From Octopus sinensis (lineage: Eukaryota): a stretch of DNA of 64,000 bases. Position 1 is the stretch's first letter. Every line of letters begins with the position of its first letter. The stretch covers positions 43,648,001 through 43,712,000 of the forward strand of contig NC_043008.1 in assembly GCF_006345805.1 (NCBI RefSeq), given 5' to 3'. Below, in pieces: positions 13,240 through 24,209 of the stretch. The notes under the pieces were generated by a model that was given only the letters and a program-made list of their open reading frames with translations, made no database searches and was not told the origin of the DNA. A program made the position numbers and the translations under genes.

Positions 13240-13648
13240 TTTCTTTATTGCCCACAAGGAGCTAACACAGAGGGGACAAACAAGGACAGACAAAAGTATT
13301 AAGTCGATTACATCGACCCCAGTGCGTAACTCGTATTTAATTTATCGACCCCGAAAGGATGAAAGGCAAAGTCGACCTCGGCGGAATTTGAACTCAGAAT
13401 GTAACGATAGACAAAATATTCTTTACTACCCACAAGGGGCTAAACGCAGAGAGGACAAACAAGGAGAGAAAAATGGATTAAGTCGATTATATCGACTCTA
13501 GTGCGTAACTGGTACTTATTTAATCCACCACGAAAGGATGAAAGGCAAAGTCGATCTCGGCGGATTTTGAACTCAGAACGTAGCGGCAGGCGAAATACCG
13601 CTAAGCATTTCGCCCGGCGCGCTAACGTTTCTGCCAGCTTGCCACCTT
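13240..13648 (-). mobile_element. Head-to-tail dimer of the family-A SINE body with a single head
   Basis: Units at 13,419-13,648 (with the A-box head) and 13,240-13,418 (starting just before the B box). Confidence 0.85.
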
Positions 13649-13806
13649 ATCGGTGTTGGGGGTGGGTAGGAGCTAAGAGAGGTTTAGCAGTTGCAACCTT
13701 TCTATGGTGACCACTTTTATGGAGCTCAAAACGAACGGTCCTAGTCGACACAGGTTTCGCAAGATGATGGTTTAGCTCTGACGTCACTTTTGCAGGATAT
13801 ATATAT

Positions 13807-13838
<32 letters not shown>

Positions 13839-13882
13839 ATAGATATGCATATATATATATATATATATACATATAAATATAA

Positions 13883-13917
<35 letters not shown>

Positions 13918-14700
13918 TACAAATATAATCATATATATTGTATATAAATGTATCATGTTACATACACGTGCGCGCGCACACACACAAATTTAACCACTGG
14001 AATGTATTTGAATTCAAAACTTTTGTTCTTAATATTGTTTTTTTTTAAATATTGTATTGTAACTAAAACAAAAAAATTCTGAGTGCGCATGCTCTTCTCC
14101 ATTGTTGGATTCCGACGCTCTTAAACATAATGATCGGTCGTTCCACAATCGCTGCCCACCCCACACAAATCATTTCTCATTTTCTGTTTTTGTTGATACA
14201 AAACAAAATTATTGAACTCGTGTTTTCTTCGCTTTTAAAGAAAAACTGAAATTGGTAAAGTTCTGAAATAGGAAAAAAGAATTATGTTTTGTACAATATT
14301 TTGGTTTTAGAAAATTTACAATAAGGAAAACATTGAAACAAATAAATAAATACTAGAAGAAAAAGAAACAAAACAAAATAAAAATAAAGTAGAATTACTT
14401 GAAAACATTTAATGACTTTTAAACAATTATAAGAAATAAATCGAACATATAACATAGCGAAATGCCAAACTATTCTGACTTCTGCTTCTTTCTATAGGTG
14501 AACAATATTTCTTTGAGTTCTTTAAAATTCTAATAGTTATAAAGAATATTGTCGCAATATGTGCTCGGTGTGATAAGAAGTTAATTTCTGAATCCCAACG
14601 TTTCAGATTCCGTTCTACGACGACATGGCACCTAGGACAAGTGTTCTCTGCAATAGCATCGGGCTGGCCAACGTTTTGCCAGTAGATTCGGGAGATAGAA

Positions 14701-14752
14701 ATTGAAAGAAGCCTGTCATATATATATATATATATATGACAGGCTTCTTTCA

Positions 14753-14754
<2 letters not shown>
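14701..14754. repeat. Perfect 54-bp palindrome centred on (TA)9
   Basis: attgaaagaagcctgtca-(ta)9-tgacaggcttctttcaat; the arm derives from the adjacent degenerate family-B SINE. Confidence 0.95.
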
Positions 14755-14819
<65 letters not shown>

Positions 14820-14828
14820 TATATATAG

Positions 14829-14862
<34 letters not shown>

Positions 14863-15020
14863 GTAGTTCAAAGATAGCTTAACTGGCCGAAAATTCGAAA
14901 TCACTGGTAGTCTGGGTATGCCCGGTGCTTAGAGAGCTTACCTCCCTTGTTAGTAAGTAAGACGGTGCGTTATTCTGGGTATGAGTTGTTTTTTACTTTT
15001 ATCTCTTGCAATATATATAT

Positions 15021-15269
15021 AAACAATTGCAGCGTGGAAGGTGTTTGTAAGCCATTTAAGAGACACACAAAAGCCGTTCGATTCACTTCAACATTTAAGT
15101 TTAATTTGTCAAAATATTTTCGTCGCTAAAATCCGCGACCTGTTCACTGACAAAAATCCGTGCTGCACGGATTTTTGTCAGTGAACGGCTGTTAAATGTT
15201 GAAGTGAATCGAACGGCTTTTGTGTGTTTCTTAAATGGCTTACAAACACCTTCCACGCTGCAATTGTTT
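15021..15269. mobile_element. Fold-back (inverted) repeat element, PLE pLTR-like
   Basis: The outer ~80-bp arms (aaacaattgcagcgtggaagg...) are reverse complements. Inner hairpin gttcactgacaaaaatccgtg-ctg-cacggatttttgtcagtgaac. A related copy lies at 48,808-48,957. Confidence 0.75.
15105..15154 (-). ncRNA. Type I hammerhead ribozyme with G3-C8 variant core
   Basis: Minus strand reads tttgtca GTGAACA g gtcgc-ggatttta-gcgac GAA A ATAT T T tgacaaa: 7-bp stem I, 5-bp stem II, palindromic stem III AATATT, UUU at the cleavage triplet. Confidence 0.6.
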
Positions 15270-17182
15270 TCGTTTCAGCACACGATCTCAGATCAAATCA
15301 CTTGCTATGCAAGTACATCTCCGAAATATATATATACACATGCGAGTGACTGGACAAAAAAATGAGGGCACTCAACCAATTTATTGTGAGTTACATGCAT
15401 GGATCAAAGTAGTTTAATTCAAATTCGTTGTGACTTTTGAGTTTCAAGCGCGATGCTAGTCGTCAGCCATTTTCAATTTGAATGACAGAAGTTGATTGTT
15501 ATTACCGTAGGGTGGGCTGTGATTGGTCGAGTATGGTCAGACGGTCTCGTGGTTTGATGCTGGTGCATAGGTAAGAGTTAGTTGGAAAATACTGCATGGC
15601 GAACAGGAAATTGACGACGTGGAGGACAGAAAATAAAGTAGAAGTCGGCCAGACTTGGGTAGAGCAGGAAGGGGCGACATGTGCCAGTATATAGTTGTAT
15701 ATGTGGGTGTGTAGTAGACGCGCTCATATAGTTTTGTGTGGATGTGTATATCGACGCGAGTGTGCACATCTGTACACAGGTTTCTATATAAGCTTCTATT
15801 TGGTCGCTCTGTCTGCTAGAGAAAAACAGTTAAATCAGCTTCCCATTACAGCCTGCTATTTCAGAAAAAATAGAAAGGAATGTAGTCGCAGACACTGTAT
15901 GATTGAAAGGCAAACGGGCAGAGGATCATGACCAGAATGCTTTTTCAATCATGGGTTTGCTTGATCAAAGTTGACGTGAGGTTAGCGTCTCAATAACAAC
16001 AGACAATGAAAAAAGAAATCCATGGTTTATAACGTATAACACTTGATACAAGAAAATACCATATTCGAAACTTTAGAATCAAATCCACGGCTATTTTTTT
16101 GCATAATTAATAAAGAACGTGTAGCAAGAGAATGAGAGTAAGGGTAGGTGTAATATGGGACGAGAGATAAATGTTCAGGAAGGAAATAATTATGATGGTG
16201 GTGAATCAGAAATTTGTATAAAAATTAATGAAGCCGATATAAATTTGTAAGATAATTGTAGCGAGAAGAAGAAATGAACTACCTTCTTGTATTGTATAAA
16301 TTATACGTATGAATATCATTACTCGTCAGATGAATTAGCTCATATCAAACATGACATTTTGAAGCCGAACAAAAACAATATTCTTAACCAAAACCATTTC
16401 AATGTTTAATTTTCCAGAGACTGTAGAAAGGAAAGCGAAGAAAAAAGAAGAGATAAAATAAGAGAAAAAGCACAGCCCATCTAATGTGAACTAGCGACCT
16501 TTTTTCGCTTTCTAAATAAGATCTTAAAATCTCATTAGCTTTCACAATTCCGTGACAGCTACAATTTTTTTTATTGAAATATCGTCATTTAAATGAAATT
16601 TCACCCGCAATTTAATACATCAATTTAAGTCACAAATTTATCAAGATTTATTAAGCCTACTCATACTACCTGCTCATGTCATATATTGCGGCTACACTAA
16701 AACTTTAATTCTTAATTAAAATTACATTTGTTTAATTTTTCTTCTTTATATTCAATTTGGTTTAGTGAGGGAATGTTGTGAGGGGTTGTGTACAGGGTAT
16801 TAATGGATGCCAAAATTCTAGGAAATCTTTGTAGTAATAAAGGATCATATTTTTCAAATTTTGAATACCAGCTGTCATTCTTCAAGCAATCATTTGAACC
16901 CGTTCCAAGACCACGAATATTTGTCGATCTATTGTAAAAACAGTTGCTTCAAGGAACCCCTACTACTTCTGCTTGTGAACAAAGATGCACGTATCGTTAG
17001 CTACTAAGGGACATGCTCAACTGGTTAAGGTCAAACAACTGACAAGCAAATCTGTGATATTGAGCAGAATATTTGCTGTAGCCCATCTTTTATACCAAGA
17101 CAAAACAATGTACATGATAACACTTCCAAGCACTTAAGATCAGAAGCCATGATAACCAGTGCCTGGTACTGCATCAGGGCAT

Positions 17183-17199
17183 TTATTATTATTATTATT

Positions 17200-17271
<72 letters not shown>

Positions 17272-17298
17272 ATTATTATTATTATTATTATTATTATT
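17183..17298. repeat. (ATT)n(GTT)n(ATT)n array
   Basis: Directly visible. Confidence 0.95.
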
Positions 17299-17626
17299 CT
17301 ATGTTTGACTTTTGCTTTACATTTGCACAAGCTGGCTCCAAGTTTCACCCAGAGACCTCAAGAGACAACAAGTTGGAAGTTCATGTTGGTGTTATGCCTA
17401 GGGTGCCATATATTTGGTTCTGTGCTTAGTGTTGTACTAGTGAATGCCTAAAAAAACCACACGAAAATTATGTTTGTTTTAAAACTTGAGATTACAAAGA
17501 AAGTATTTTGCGTAGGATATGAGCAGTTCCCATCAGCACTATCTTTTGAATTTCTGCCATTTTGCGGCTTCCTGGTATCTGAGTTAGGTAGCAATCAGCC
17601 CCTTTTGCTATCATTCGCACGGCACC

Positions 17627-17632
<6 letters not shown>
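17299..17632 (-). mobile_element. 5'-truncated Dong/R4-like LINE (ORF C-terminus plus 3' UTR) within TAA repeats
   Basis: Minus translation IIGAVRMIAKGADCYLTQIPGSRKMAEIQKIVLMGTAHILRKILSL* is typical of RLE-LINE C-termini. The 3' end runs into (AAT)n, and (TAA)n lies on both sides. Confidence 0.85.
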
Positions 17633-17675
<43 letters not shown>

Positions 17676-17767
17676 ATTATAACTATTATCTTTGTTTCTT
17701 TGTCAAATCCCTTTCGTCACACATCTGTGACCTCTTCATAAAGGCAGAACAAGAGGAGACATAAAGG

Positions 17768-17810
17768 GTCGCTGAAGAGGCTACAGGATGTGTGACGAAA
17801 GAGCTTTGAC
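17768..17810 (+). ncRNA. Partly decayed type I HHR, with an inverted partial copy at 17,698-17,738
   Basis: gtcg CTGAAGA g gctaca-ggatg-tgtgac GAAA GAGC T T tgac; stem II has one mismatch. Confidence 0.5.
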
Positions 17811-19485
17811 AAAAAGCTAAAATAATGATAATAAGGCCGAAGTAAAGACTAAATATATAGTTCGTGTGTTTAACTGGCAAAATACGACCACCTCCGTGTA
17901 TAATAATAGCTACACGATGTAATGTTTTAAAAAAAAAAACATTAGGGCGTGATCTGAAAGAAATTGCTTGTTATTTCTAGCAGATCGGGAGAACTCGTAA
18001 GGGAACTCTCCCTGGTTAGTGTCTCTTTTAGTAAATGTTAGTGACCGGAGATCGAATTAGTGGTTGGTTTATTGTGTATTTGATACTCTATTATATTCAA
18101 CAATCTGCAAATCACACAAATCACAGCTATGATGAATTAGGCCGGAGAATATTTCACAAGACTTATAGGATTTTAAGTAACAACCCTATGTCATTGTTCT
18201 CGTTTATCTCGATGCCTTCTCTGTGATTGACGAGATGACAAAAGGATATTTTTGATTTATTTAGTAAATGTATGATGAGTTTGATACTGTTAGTGCTCAT
18301 AATGAAATCGGTATCATTTTCAGTAATCTACGGTTCAAATGGCCACGTTGGCTAATGTCGGGTTTCTAACATGTTAAAGTAATCAGGAAACTGGATAAAT
18401 AACCAAGTCAGAATATATTCCTCAACCGCAACCAGTTTTCTGCAGTATTGTATTGAAACCTGCTGACATTTCCATTATCATGCTTAACCACGTAGAATAA
18501 AAAATGTCAAATGAGAATTTGTTCTGAGGCAACATGACTTAACTCTGCGGCTTATATATAATTCATTCATTTATTGAATCATAATTCTCTATAGTTTCGC
18601 ATAAATATTATGAACAAGGGCATATTAGAAATGCATTGATCACAGGATAATTTCCCCTTAATTCTTCTCTAAGGGGAGTCACTTTTGTGGACTTCCCTTT
18701 ACTTTCTATTTTCTTTCGCTAATTCAATCTCATTTGCTTTCGAAAGATATTCATCCATCATCAACCTTACTACTTCGCCTTGCAAAGTTCGCCATCTTTA
18801 TCCCTTGTTCGTCTCTTCGTTTTCATTGATATGTCGGATACAAAAGTATATATTATCAAGAACAAAAAAAAATGGAAAAAAGAAAAGAAATCAATCAATC
18901 CAAATTATGGCAACCACGTACAATTAATCTATTTATTTATTTTTTTATGATTTGATTTAATACATGGGTGCAAAAACAACAACAGCAACAACAACAAAAA
19001 CAACTGCAAATCTGTCTGTAAATAAAATTTGATGACTACAAAAGCGAAAATAGAAGTAAGAAAATTATGTTTCTGAAAAACAACATAGTAATTAATTAAA
19101 TCTAATTTTATTAATACAAAATGGAAATGATAAACCGAAATAGATTTATTTCCTTCATCTGAAAAATCAGTGAATCTACTCACCTATATTTGTTCTCATC
19201 TCAACTGATGAGTTGCATAACATCTGAAATTAATAAAATAACATGTTTTCGGTGTTAGGATTGTCTCTTGGAATCATACTTCAAGACAATTTAGGATGGT
19301 CTTTTAGAATGCATCAACAAGATTTGTTTTTCGTCTTCATGGTTCAGTGATAATAACATTAAAATAATAATAATACAAACAATAACAGCAACAACAACAA
19401 CAACAACTATACTAATAATAATTCCTAGTTATTTAAATCTTAATACATACAGACATATATATATATATATTAATATTTAAGCAAC

Positions 19486-19530
<45 letters not shown>

Positions 19531-19562
19531 ATCTATCTATCTATCTAGCTATCTGTATACAA

Positions 19563-19593
<31 letters not shown>

Positions 19594-20040
19594 ATATATA
19601 TATATGGATATGCATGCATGTATGTATATTTAATCTCCTTAACTAAAGATCATTAAATACGAGTAAAAGTTTCAAACAATCCAATACGAGACCAAGAAAA
19701 GGGAGGAGGGGAAATTAAACGATAGTAGCAATAAGGGTTCAGTTCTTAGTTGCAGAAAGATCACTTCGCACTCACGCATCAGTACTCTAAGAGTAGACGA
19801 AGCTGTGGAATACTCAACCGCATTCGCATTGATTCAAAGAGCAGGTAACTCACTTGATCGAATAACTGAAGGAACATCATCGCTCTATATATACATGTAT
19901 GTACACTTTGTCGGAGCAATTTCCCCAGGGCCTGTACCTTAGGTCCGCTTCGAATTAAACTGGGATAGAACTAAGAACAAACACGGTATCCGCCTCGATA
20001 ATGTATCCCTGCAAACTCATATGTGTATATATATATATAT

Positions 20041-20865
20041 ACTAGCAGTATTGCCCGGCTCGTGCGCTCGTGCGTTCTATGCACGCGCGAATTAAGCTAA
20101 ACTTGGATGAAGTTCAATCAAAATTCAATTATTTTGGTTTTAAAATCAAGCATTTAATGCCCTCTATTTTTGCGCTTATGTGTTCCATTTCCTCAATAGG
20201 AAGTACGTAGAAGCGTTTCATAAATTTTTGCTGATCAAATAATTGCATTGTTGAATTATTCTTTTAGATCAGTATTTCTCAACGGTGATTTCAGGGGAGA
20301 GTTTCAGGGAGTCGCTGGCGATGTATCGTGATGATCAAAAATCCGGCCTGCTAAATTTGGTTAAAGTGATTCAAACTGCAGACTCAACGCAAAATGGCCA
20401 CATTTAATTCAAAGAGTTAAAAATGTTATGAAAACAATGTGTTCACAAAGACCAAACGATTAATATGAAAAAACCCTCCAGGCTACATCCCGAAATTCAT
20501 TTCTTTGCCGAATTTCTACAATGTTTACTGCGATTCGTTTTTATATCTTGAGTTTTTATTTGTCATGCAATTTACGCATGCTTGCACGCGTAAACATAGT
20601 TCACGTCAAACAGCTGACTGAGTAAAGTTCAATATTCAATGCATGGGATAAGACCTAAACAAACACATTATCTATTTTTGCACTTGCGAGATGAATTTCG
20701 GAACAGAAATAGCGCAGTTCAATTTTCATTCGCCTAAACTTTAAGTGACCCATTTTTGGTGGATCTACGATTTGTTGGCTAGGAGGAGATGTGCCGGGAA
20801 GTTAAGCACACAGACACACACACAGATACACACACAGACACACAAGTTGAGTTATATATATATAG
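20041..20865 (+). mobile_element. Non-autonomous Helitron-like element
   Basis: 5' actagcagtattgcccggc... and 3' ...gacacacaagttgagttatatatatatag termini resemble non-autonomous Helitron ends; inserted at a TA run. Assignment by recognition only. Confidence 0.5.
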
Positions 20866-20984
20866 GCGCAGTTATTTACAGCATATTACCATGACATACA
20901 CGTGTTTCTACCCTCAATATTATTGTTATTATGAATTTTATTAGTTGTAACTTGCATAATTACAGTAGATGGCGAGTTGTGCGT

Positions 20985-21320
20985 CTTTAAATTGCATAAA
21001 CGTATATTTTCCCAAGTGTGGACATCTTAGAGCCTATTCCTCTCTTATGTTTATAAGAGTATAGAAGTGAGAATTTGGTACATTTCTTCCACACACAAGT
21101 CACTAATTATTTCCCATAAACCTAATATACTTTGTTACTATCTTTTACTAAAGCTAGTAGTATTCATTTTATCCCTATATCTAAACGAATTTAAATGATT
21201 AGCAATTCTTTTCTTGATATAGCGTGAGATAGCTCCGATATAGACATACTCCTTATTCTCTGAGGTAATCTTACATATGTATATAATATTCTTATTCCTA
21301 CAATTAGAGCTAAGCGGACA
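20985..21320 (-). pseudogene. Penelope-like element GIY-YIG endonuclease remnant
   Basis: CPLSSNCRNKNIIYICKITSENKEYVYIGAISRYIKKRIANHLNSF...TSFSK, then frameshifted DLCVEEMYQIL and RCPHLGKY. Matches CPL..C...IY...YIG...K.R...H..SF and the C-terminal LC..EK..IL / C.H motifs of PLEs. Confidence 0.85.
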
Positions 21321-21799
21321 AACTCTGATCCTTGCACAATGGTATTTGATAGTTCTACTACTTCCAGCAATAGTGTCCGCTTCAGCTTCAGTGGAGGGGA
21401 TTTCTAAATTCACCTGTCTATCTTCTAAGCTAGTACTCTTTCCCACGTAGACAACATTGTGAGTACTGTACTTTTCTGGATTTGTTCGGGTAGCTACCAT
21501 TTTATTGGTTGTCAAACCATAGTTCCTATCCTGATACCTAGCTGGAAGAAATGTACTAAATTTTCACTTCTAAATTTACTCTTAAAAACACAAAATAGGA
21601 ACAGACTATAAGATGTCCGAACTTGCGAAAATATACGTTTAAACAATTTAAATAAACACAACTCACCATCTATAGTAATTATGTTAGTTACAATAATGAT
21701 TATAATAATAAAGGATATTTATACTAATACTACTACTAATAATAACAATAATGTTAATTGAAAGTTGAAACCCAAAATAAGTAAATTACCTCTGAATAA

Positions 21800-22761
21800 A
21801 TAATGTGCTCCATACAGCAAAACGTAAACAAAATGAGCCGATGGAAGCGGATCAAGTTTGCTAAAAGCCAAATTGAATGGACGACCGGAGACTGGTCAAA
21901 AGTTCTTTGGAGCGACGAATCCTGCTTCTGCATCTTTGGATCAGATGGAAAGACTAATGTTAGACGCCGTCCAACTGAAGAATTATATCCTAAGTATGGC
22001 AAGAAAACGGCACAAGCGGGAAGTGTGTGTGTGTGTGTGGGGGAGTAATGGTGTGGGCCACGTTCAGCAGCTTAGGTGTTGGTCCAGTTGTTAAGGTTGA
22101 TGGCAGACTGAACAGTATAGGTTAGCTGCAATTAGTAAATGAAAATGTGCTGCCATATTTAAATAATCAGATTCCAGCAGGACAATCATGCCGTTCATAA
22201 GGCTAGGAAAGTTTTGCAATATTTGAGCGCAACAATATGGTGGTTATTGAGTGGCTTCCGCCTAGCCCGGATTTGAACCTGATAGACAATTTATCGAATT
22301 ATGTTTCTTAAAGAGTTCATACTAAAAACCAACAAATTCGTCCCAATTCTATAATTTTATTGAAGAAATATGGCGGACCATTCCAAGTGATTTTTGTGCT
22401 CATTTGTCGACCTCCATGTCAAACCGTTGTAAGGCCGTAATTGAAAATAATGACCATAGAACTATATACTAATAATAAATTTTTGTTCATTGATCATTTT
22501 TGCTGTAAATTTTCAATTTAAACAAAATAATGTTGGTATGGTCTTAAATTTATTTTGCCGAGAATTTTCAATCACACGAATTGATTGCGCATTAACATTA
22601 TTCAAATTGTAGAAATATATGTAACGCCTTTATCATTCGAAAGAGAAAAAAAATCTACATAAACTGTAAAAAGTAGAATAATTTTATACAGTTTGTTAAA
22701 AATAAATTAATGAAGAAACAGAACTGTAATCATCGGTCTTAAACTTATTTTGGCTGGTGTA
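21800..22761 (+). mobile_element. Decayed Tc1-family DNA transposon (3' two-thirds plus right TIR)
   Basis: KFAKSQIEWTTGDWSKVLWSDESCFCIFGSDG, FQQDNHAVHKA, SPDLNLIDNL and SMSNRCKAVI motifs. The terminus is ggtcttaaacttattttggctggtgTA, with an inner direct repeat at 22,540-22,560. Confidence 0.9.
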
Positions 22762-22922
22762 TGAAGTTATTTCGGAAAGGGAGAAATATAGGAAGTATGA
22801 ATGGAAATAAGAGAATAAAAATAAAAATATATGCTGGATGTTACAGTTGCAGTTCCATTATCCATGGAAAGTGCTGTATAGAATGGGTAAAGAGGCTTCC
22901 TATAGGAGTTCACATTTTGTTA

Positions 22923-23225
22923 TTGTTTTGTTGTTTGTTCCTTCTCGAGCCCCGACTGGCTCATAAGGGCCGGTTTCCCGGTTTTCTTGGCGTATAGGTT
23001 GCCCACCTGGACGGGACGCCGGTCCGTCGCAAGTGAGCTGCAAGATGCAGGAGGTAAGAGTGAGAGAAAGCTGTGGCGAAAGAGTCATCAGAATTTCGCC
23101 ATTACCTACTGCCGGAGCTGCGTGGAGCTTAGGTATTTCGCTCATAAACACACACATCGCTCGGTCTGAGATTCGAACCCGCGATCCCTCGACCGCGAGT
23201 CCGCTGCTCTAACCATGTGCCTCCA
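22923..23225 (-). mobile_element. Family-D-head SINE with a distinct tail
   Basis: The head matches 29,240-29,449 and 31,509-31,640. The tail (gcgacggaccggcgtcccgtccagg...ggctcgagaaggaacaaac) differs. Confidence 0.8.
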
Positions 23226-23482
23226 CATTTTGTTACTGTAGGTGGACAGTGCTGTTCATACAATGGGGTTTTGTAGTGAGAAGACCCCTTTGACACTACA
23301 AAATCCTTTTGAATGAACAACATATGGAATTAATGACTCCACACTATCTATCAGTAATAACAAAATATAAACGCCTGTAGGTATTTATATACCATGGACA
23401 AGAAACCTTTCTACCCATTCTACACAGCGCTTTCCAACATAAATTCTAACATTGAACTTCACTATTTCCCCTCTATATCGTC

Positions 23483-23530
23483 GTCTCTGATGAAGCGATA
23501 TCTCTCATATCCCTGAAACAGCTGTAAGGC
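23483..23530 (+). ncRNA. Minimal type I hammerhead ribozyme
   Basis: gtct CTGATGA agcgata-tctctca-tatccct GAA A CAGCTG T A aggc: 4-bp stem I, 6/7 stem II, palindromic ACAGCTGT stem III, GUA site (cleavage predicted after 23,526). Confidence 0.8.
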
Positions 23531-23595
23531 TAACTTTCTCTTTATGAATGTCCTAGATATTTCACACTGCCTTGGCGTTGTTGTCTCATTCTATC

Positions 23596-23642
<47 letters not shown>

Positions 23643-23886
23643 TATGTACGTACATTGTTTACGTGATAAGGGTTTGGATCTCGAAGTAAATAAAGTTATA
23701 GATGATTGCATGTAGAATATCGGGTTAAACAAACACGTTGCCTACCTTTAGCAAAGTCTATTGAGTTTGCAAGCTTTCAGGGCCATGGATTTGGTCTGCG
23801 ATTAGTTCCTATGTCAGGAATCGAACATCTTTCTTCTAACATGAATTCTTTTGCAGATGTTTGCATCTTTGTCCCCTTTATATATA

Positions 23887-23923
<37 letters not shown>

Positions 23924-24209
23924 ACACACACACACACACACATCACACACAAATATGAACAGTACATATATCATATATAAACAATTTGTGCATATAAGAA
24001 CTATACATTGTTCATATATAAATACTTTGTTCATACATATACACTCCATACACTCATATACATACATATTCAAACCCGCTTTCGCAAATCACACATACAA
24101 ACACACATAGACGCATACACACATAGTTTATACATACATATAGTTCATACACACACTCATACATACACATAGTTTATGCACACGTATACATAAACAGTTT
24201 ATATACGCA

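Noticed and set aside
15426-15472. Minus-strand CTGACGA...GAAAC...GTC
   Set aside because: Only a 3-bp stem II and no stem I pairing; compatible with chance.
19198-19240. CTGATGA...GAAATTAATA
   Set aside because: Stem II does not close onto GAAA and stem I is absent.
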